Part shown: positions 58,893-64,000 of the stretch, one piece after another
How the letters are laid out: each line of letters begins with the position of its first letter
How positions within the stretch are numbered: position 1 is the stretch's first letter
From: Gemmatimonadota bacterium
GTDB lineage: Bacteria; Gemmatimonadota; Gemmatimonadetes; Palauibacterales; KS3-K002
DNA length: 64,000 nt
Assembly (NCBI GenBank): GCA_039586795.1
Contig: JBDHJS010000001.1
Coordinates: forward strand, 32,001 to 96,000
Reading direction: 5' to 3'
The notes under the pieces: generated by a model
What the model was told of the DNA's origin: nothing
The model's input: the letters and a program-made list of their open reading frames with translations, nothing else
Databases searched by the model: none
Position numbers and translations under genes: made by a program

Positions 58893-59675
58893 TCACGACC
58901 GGACGCTTGCATCAGATAGCGCAAGCAGTCGAGCCACGGGAATCTGCAACTCTGGATCGAGCGCCAGGGCGTCCAGCAGACGAACCAACTCTGCCACCTG
59001 CACACCATCCGCACCGCGCAGCTCATCCAGTGCTGTACTCCGGCCGGCAAGCGCCCAGAAAGGGGCACCTGCGAGCAGGCTTTCCAGCCTGGCAGCATCG
59101 ACGATGGTCGTGCTGGGAGGCAACCGCTCCAGCATGCTAATCAGTTCAGCGACGCTCACGCTTTCGCGCCGGGAAAGCGTACGCTCCCACGCTCTTCGCC
59201 CCACCAACCCGGTCGCCACGGACGATGTTGTGACCTCCAGGCTGGCGAGCCGCTGCTCGTGCTCGGCAATTCGTTGCACGAGGAGCTCTTCGCGTCCACG
59301 CAGCTCGCCCAGCTCACCGAGCAAGAAGCCAGTGGCGACAAGGAGCAGCACGGAAGCGGCGGCGAGGGACGGTGCCAACCAGCGCGATGATCCCCAGCCT
59401 CGCGGGCGCGTGATATGTCGTGCCTCCTGAATCGCGATCTCGGCCTGAACCGAATCCCACATCGACGCTACATAGACATCGGGCACCTCCACCTCGAGAT
59501 CCTCTAGAGACGGCAAGGCGAGGTGTTCGTGCATGCGCAGAATCGCGTCGCACTCGACGCAGGCCTCGGCGTGAAGCTGAAGCTGGGCCATGCCGTCCTC
59601 GCCAAGTCTTCCCTGTTTGAGCGAGTCCAGCTGGTCCTGGAAAACCTCACAGTCGATGTTCTTCTTCACGTTCAA
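58893..59675 (-). CDS. Anti-sigma factor (zinc-finger HxxxCxxC, single TM)
   Basis: C...HAEACVEC; TM helix; downstream of ECF sigma. Confidence 0.75.
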   Translation of the reverse strand: MNVKKNIDCEVFQDQLDSLKQGRLGEDGMAQLQLHAEACVECDAILRMHEHLALPSLEDLEVEVPDVYVASMWDSVQAEIAIQEARHITRPRGWGSSRWLAPSLAAASVLLLVATGFLLGELGELRGREELLVQRIAEHEQRLASLEVTTSSVATGLVGRRAWERTLSRRESVSVAELISMLERLPPSTTIVDAARLESLLAGAPFWALAGRSTALDELRGADGVQVAELVRLLDALALDPELQIPVARLLALSDASVRS

Positions 59676-60235
59676 TTCTCCGTGCTGCTGAGCGCCGCGG
59701 CCAGCCGCTTGCGCGCGAAATGTAGCGTTGCCCTGAGCGTGCCATTCTTGATTCCGAGCTCGCGCGCCACGTCCTTCTGCTCTCTCTGCTCCATATCAAC
59801 CCTCACGAAAACCTGGCGCTGGCTCTCGCTCAACTCGTCGAGCGCGACCAACAGGCGCTGGTGGAACTCGCGACGCTCGAGCTCCTCTTCTGGCCCAATA
59901 TCTACGGAGGCGATCTCAAGTATGCCCATTTGCTCGTCATCGTTGGGGGTCATTTCGCGTTTGACCCAAGCTTTGCGCAGGTGACTGAGACAGCCGTTCC
60001 GGTGGACGGTGAGGAGCCAGCCGCGGAAGGAGCGATCCGGGTCGTAGCTGTCGATCCGGCTGTGGACCCTGACCCACGTTTCCTGTGTCAGGTCGCGTGC
60101 CCACTCCCAATCCGCGGTGTAGCGGTAGGCGACGGCGATCAGCGTCCGGGTCAGCGACTCGACCAGGGTCCGAAATGCCCGCTGATCTCCGCCCTTCACG
60201 GCTACCGCGAGTGCTCTCAGCTGCTTCTCGTCCAA
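59672..60235 (-). CDS. ECF RNA polymerase sigma factor
   Basis: GDQRAF..LV, DLTQETW, F.GWL..V.RN, region 4 GTLRATLHFARKRL; TTG 60235 likely start. Confidence 0.88.
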   Translation of the reverse strand: MDEKQLRALAVAVKGGDQRAFRTLVESLTRTLIAVAYRYTADWEWARDLTQETWVRVHSRIDSYDPDRSFRGWLLTVHRNGCLSHLRKAWVKREMTPNDDEQMGILEIASVDIGPEEELERREFHQRLLVALDELSESQRQVFVRVDMEQREQKDVARELGIKNGTLRATLHFARKRLAAALSSTEN

Positions 60236-60384
60236 GCGCGATTTCCTCCGTCGTATTCGCGCCAATGCGCTTCCTCTTGGTATACGCAACAACCACAAGA
60301 TGTGCTTATGGGAAAGAATCGGAAATCGTGATTGGAAATAGGAACTGTTATCGGGATTCGCGAGACCGGGATCCTGAACTGGGG

Positions 60385-60426
60385 AATAAAAGACGCCGCC
60401 GGCCTTCCCTCAGCCCGGCGGCGTCT
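60385..60426 (-). terminator. Intrinsic terminator after PDZ gene
   Basis: AGACGCCGCCGG/CCGGCGGCGTCT 12 bp stem, T-rich flanks. Confidence 0.75.
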
Positions 60427-60444
60427 CTTCTTGTTGATTCCCGA

Positions 60445-61398
60445 CTAAGGTTCGCGGGTGCGTATTCCGAAGGCGCCGCCGAAGAAGTTCTCAGGGACCT
60501 TTCCGGTCACGGTTCGCGACCGTTTCTGCCGGTAGATCTGGAACGTGACCTCTTCATCTTCCTCGTAGGAACGGAGGATGCGCATCGCGTGACTAGGGCT
60601 CTGTACCGCGCGGCCGTCGATCGCCTGAATCACGTCGCCGGCAATGAGGCCCAACTCACTGTCTTCGGGAGCGCTGAGGACCAGCAGGCCTTCGTCTGTG
60701 CCAAAGTACTCGCCGAGATCCGGATTGAGCTCGACAAGCTCTAATCCCGGGACGCGCTCGCCGATGGCGATGGCGAAATTGCGGGGCGCCTGGATCTGAA
60801 CCTCGGGAAGTTCGCGCAGGCGGTATGACAGCGTGCGGAACCGATCGCTCATCGAGTCGTTGAATTCGCTGGTCCAGCCGATGGCGTAACCCTCAAAATC
60901 ACCAACGACCAACTCCGCGGTGTGCTCGTCCCCGTCACGCCGGTACTTGACGGTAACCGTGTCGCCCATCTCCAGCTCCCGGGCAAGCGCCGATAGCCGC
61001 TGTCCCGGACCGGAGAGCTCCTGACCCGGAGCGCCTTCCAGGTCGTAGTCCTCGAATCCCTCGAGCACGCTGTTGCCGTCGAGCTCGATGATGATATCGC
61101 CGGCGCGAATGCCTGCCTTGTCGGCGGGGCCATCCTCGCTCACGTCATCGATCAACGCGCCGTAACGGTCGGTCTCCGGGTTGGCTTCGGTGTGGATGTA
61201 GACGCCCAGCCGAGCCCGCTGCCCGAAGTAGAAGACGTTGCGCCCGGCATCGCCCAGGCGGGGAGCGACATAAACGCCGCCCACGTTGACGCGGGGGCAA
61301 ACGCAGTCCTGATCTCTGTCTTCATCCTGCGCTTGCGCCGGCACCGACGTCGCCGTGGCTATCAGCGCTCCCACGAGTAGAAACTGTACCCACCTCAT
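60445..61398 (-). CDS. Secreted protein with two PDZ domains
   Basis: Signal peptide; RLGV, GPADKAGIRAGDII.LDG, LGEYFGT..G.LV, AGDVI.AIDG. Confidence 0.85.
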   Translation of the reverse strand: MRWVQFLLVGALIATATSVPAQAQDEDRDQDCVCPRVNVGGVYVAPRLGDAGRNVFYFGQRARLGVYIHTEANPETDRYGALIDDVSEDGPADKAGIRAGDIIIELDGNSVLEGFEDYDLEGAPGQELSGPGQRLSALARELEMGDTVTVKYRRDGDEHTAELVVGDFEGYAIGWTSEFNDSMSDRFRTLSYRLRELPEVQIQAPRNFAIAIGERVPGLELVELNPDLGEYFGTDEGLLVLSAPEDSELGLIAGDVIQAIDGRAVQSPSHAMRILRSYEEDEEVTFQIYRQKRSRTVTGKVPENFFGGAFGIRTREP

Positions 61399-61457
61399 CT
61401 CGTTCTGCCTCCTGTCATGTATGCGCTTCATACTTGACCCTGTGTTCGTCTCTCGGC

Positions 61458-62129
61458 CTATCGCCAGACCGAAGTGGATGTTTGAACCGGTGTGTCCACC
61501 GGTCGCGCTTCACCTAACTGGATGCCGACAAGGGTCTCAAGCGTCGCAGTGCGCTCGTTCCACAGATTGACAAGGACGCGGCGGTCAACGCCGAGCTGGC
61601 GGCTTTCATGGATCATGCCGTCGAGAATCAGGATCCGATCCTCGAGCGCGGAAACGGCGATCGCCGTCGGCGCGTCGTAGACGCGGTACTGCGTCGGGTA
61701 CGTTTGGAGAAGTGTTTCAAGCTCACGCGAGCGGTTGATGTACAGCTCGAGGTCGGGAGTCGCTTCGGCCACCCGGCCCTCCTCAACCGGGGCAACGGTT
61801 CCGTCCACGACGGGACCCGGTGTAATCGGTTCGCCGCCACGCAGCAAGATGAAGCCGGTCAACGCGGCTGCTGCAGCGAGCCCAACCGTTCCGGCGCCCC
61901 ACCAGCGACGCTTTCGCCGCTGGCTCACATCGGCGGCAACGTTCGTCCACAAGTCTCGCGGCGGCGTGAACGCGGGTAGCGCCTTCAGTTCCGCCCTGAC
62001 TCTGAAGAGGCGCTCCAGTTCGCGCCGGCAATCCTCGCACGACTCCAGATGCGTCTGAGCATGCGCCGACCCCTCACCATCTCTCTCGGCCAGCAGTTCG
62101 TGCATCTCCAGATGTCGCAAGTTTACCAT
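61458..62129 (-). CDS. Anti-sigma factor (zinc-finger HxxxCxxC, single TM)
   Basis: HLESCEDC; TM helix; TGATG coupling to upstream sigma. Confidence 0.78.
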   Translation of the reverse strand: MVNLRHLEMHELLAERDGEGSAHAQTHLESCEDCRRELERLFRVRAELKALPAFTPPRDLWTNVAADVSQRRKRRWWGAGTVGLAAAAALTGFILLRGGEPITPGPVVDGTVAPVEEGRVAEATPDLELYINRSRELETLLQTYPTQYRVYDAPTAIAVSALEDRILILDGMIHESRQLGVDRRVLVNLWNERTATLETLVGIQLGEARPVDTPVQTSTSVWR

Positions 62130-62665
62130 CAGTCCAACCACTCCCGCAGACGTTTGTGCGCTCTCGATAGCTGTGACTTCGAGAAGCTGGCTGTCTTGCC
62201 CATCATCTCGCCAATCTCTTCGTGCGTGTAGCCTTCCACGTCATGCAGCCAGAGCACCGAACGGGTCACCGGAGTCAAACGCCCCAGGGCGGCCTCCAGA
62301 TCGATCGGTCCCGTCGGCTCCGGTGGATTCGTGCCGATCAATTCCAAGCTAATCACCTCGCCAGAGACCGTGCGTCGCGAACGGTTCCGTTCGCGACGCA
62401 GCAGCATGAGCGCCTTGCTGACCGCCACCTGGCGGATCCAGCCCCAGAGGGAGCCGTCACCGCGATAGCGCCTGATGGACCGACACACCTCGACAAACGT
62501 GTCCTGCAGCACATCTTCCGCATCCTCTTCGTTGCCACAGATTCGGCGCCCCAGGTTGTAGACCTGGGTTCGATAGGCGCGGTAGACGCTCTCCAGGGCC
62601 TCGAGGTCCCCAGCCCGGGCGCGCGCCACCAGGGCATCGGCCAGCACTAAAGCATCGCTGCTCAT
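62129..62665 (-). CDS. ECF RNA polymerase sigma factor
   Basis: AEDVLQDTF, WIRQVAVS, LHDVEGYTHEEI, SKSQLSRA. Confidence 0.9.
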   Translation of the reverse strand: MSSDALVLADALVARARAGDLEALESVYRAYRTQVYNLGRRICGNEEDAEDVLQDTFVEVCRSIRRYRGDGSLWGWIRQVAVSKALMLLRRERNRSRRTVSGEVISLELIGTNPPEPTGPIDLEAALGRLTPVTRSVLWLHDVEGYTHEEIGEMMGKTASFSKSQLSRAHKRLREWLD

Positions 62666-62775
62666 TCCACCCTGTATAGATGCGTGAAGGGCCCAAACCG
62701 TCGCCCCTATATAGGTGAAGTTTCGCCCTATGTCCCGAGCACCTAGTTTTTAGGGGTCCCAAGCCCTGACCGGGG

Positions 62776-62908
62776 GGATTCCGGGTTTCGTGGGTTACAA
62801 GGCTCGGGGATTCGGGGGGAATCGGGGATTGCTTCGCAGGCGGTCCAGGTTTCCCCGGATAATCCCAGAATCTCGTAAGCCCCTAATCCCAGAATCCCCG
62901 AATCTTCA
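62776..62908. repeat. Inverted arrays of degenerate 8-mers (CGGGGATT ... AATCCCCG)
   Basis: Right arm AATCCCAG AATCTCGT AAGCCCCT AATCCCAG AATCCCCG AATCTTCA (62861-62908); left arm GGGGATTC-type units. Confidence 0.75.
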
Positions 62909-62957
62909 GGGCGTGTGACCTTCGCGACCGTTCATCCCCCGACGGGAGGGCCGTCAA

Positions 62958-64000
62958 ATGGGTCTCGACGCCAAAGCCGAGCGCGAGCCGGAAGCCATCC
63001 GGGAATTCACCCGCAGCATGCTGAAGGATCTTCGCGCGCTGGAGCGGATCATCGACGAGGGGATGATCGAGTCCGGCGTGCGACGAATCGGCATGGAGCA
63101 GGAGATGTTCCTCGTGGACAGCGGATACCGGCCGGCCCCGGTCGCATTGGAGGTCTTGGCCAGGTTGGGCGAGGGCGGAGCGTATACGACCGAGCTGGCG
63201 CGGTTCAACCTGGAGGTGAACCTGGCGCCGCTGGACCTGCAGGCCGACTGTTTCTCACAAATGGAGAACGAGCTCTCGCGGCACGTGGAGGAAGTGCGTG
63301 AGGCGGCGCGCAAGGAGGGCGCCGAGATCTTATTGACGGGAATTCTTCCCAGTCTGGCCAAGTCCGATCTCAGCCTCGAGAACATCACGCCCAAGGATCG
63401 CTACTACGCCCTGAACGAGTCGATGACGCGCCTGCGGGGCGGGCCGATGCAGCTACAGATCCTGGGGATTGATGAGGTGAACATCGAACACGACTCGGTG
63501 ATGTTGGAGGCATGTAACACCAGTTGTCAGGTCCATTTGCAGGTCGCGGCGGACGAGTTCGCCCGTTTTCACAATGCCGCCCAGGCGGTACTCGGCCCGG
63601 TGTTGGCAGCCTGCACCAACTCTCCGCTGTTGTTCGGTCGTCGGCTGTGGTACGAGACGCGCATCGCGCTTTTTCAGCAGTCGGTGGATACGCGGAGCGC
63701 GCTGTCGCACCTTCGCGACCAGACTCCCCGGGTCCGATTCGGCGATGCCTGGGTGAAGGATTCGGTATTGGAGCTCTTTCAGGAGGATATCGTCCGCTTC
63801 CGAGCATTGATGCCGATGGTTCCGGACAAAGACCCGTTGGCCGAATTGGACGAGGGCCGAATCCCCGAACTGTCGGCACTACAGTTGCATAACAGCACGG
63901 TGTACCGCTGGAACCGTCCCTGCTACGGGCTGTCGAACGGGACGCCGCATCTGCGCATCGAGTGTCGGGCGATTCCGGCCGGCCCAACAATCGCTGATGA
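62958..64000 (+). CDS. Glutamate-cysteine ligase family 2 (GCS2-like) protein, 3'-partial; absent from the ORF track
   Basis: Own translation from ATG 62958 (GGGAGG RBS): IGMEQEMFLVD, TTELARFNLE, EACNTSCQVHLQV, NSPLLFGRRLW.ETRI, HNSTVYRWNRPCY, HLRIECR. Confidence 0.85.
   Translation, partial: MGLDAKAEREPEAIREFTRSMLKDLRALERIIDEGMIESGVRRIGMEQEMFLVDSGYRPAPVALEVLARLGEGGAYTTELARFNLEVNLAPLDLQADCFSQMENELSRHVEEVREAARKEGAEILLTGILPSLAKSDLSLENITPKDRYYALNESMTRLRGGPMQLQILGIDEVNIEHDSVMLEACNTSCQVHLQVAADEFARFHNAAQAVLGPVLAACTNSPLLFGRRLWYETRIALFQQSVDTRSALSHLRDQTPRVRFGDAWVKDSVLELFQEDIVRFRALMPMVPDKDPLAELDEGRIPELSALQLHNSTVYRWNRPCYGLSNGTPHLRIECRAIPAGPTIAD

Overview
High-GC bacterial chromosomal window, about 60 CDS, with no rRNA, tRNA, CRISPR array, integrase or transposase seen. 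The gene content (several eukaryote-like Ser/Thr kinases, a VPS10/BNR hydrolase, M14 peptidase, ECF sigma/anti-sigma pairs, mqnA) suggests Gemmatimonadota; this is an inference. Main blocks: Rieske + multiheme-TPR cytochrome; a four-helix-bundle gene inside a ~95 bp inverted repeat; a complete corrinoid-dependent methyl-transfer operon (non-Pyl MttB, corrinoid protein, MeTr, RACE activator, DUF1638) ending in an ArsM-like SAM methyltransferase whose conserved Cys is an in-frame TGA followed by a SECIS-like hairpin (probable selenoprotein); a convergent arsenic operon (arsR, acr3, fused arsC, small thioredoxin-like protein, arsP); a CsoR-controlled copper operon; core genes (mqnA, rho, gyrA/parC-like, bfr); xdhC/mocA; an hcrCAB-like molybdoenzyme; a second probable selenoprotein (FmdB zinc ribbon); two ECF modules; and a partial GCS2-family gene. 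The best candidate for a new system is the Sec-methyltransferase + corrinoid demethylase + ars cluster, possibly organoarsenical (de)methylation. Second is the four-helix-bundle inverted-repeat element with its related short 7/8-mer intergenic arrays. All family assignments come from motif recognition by eye, not database searches.
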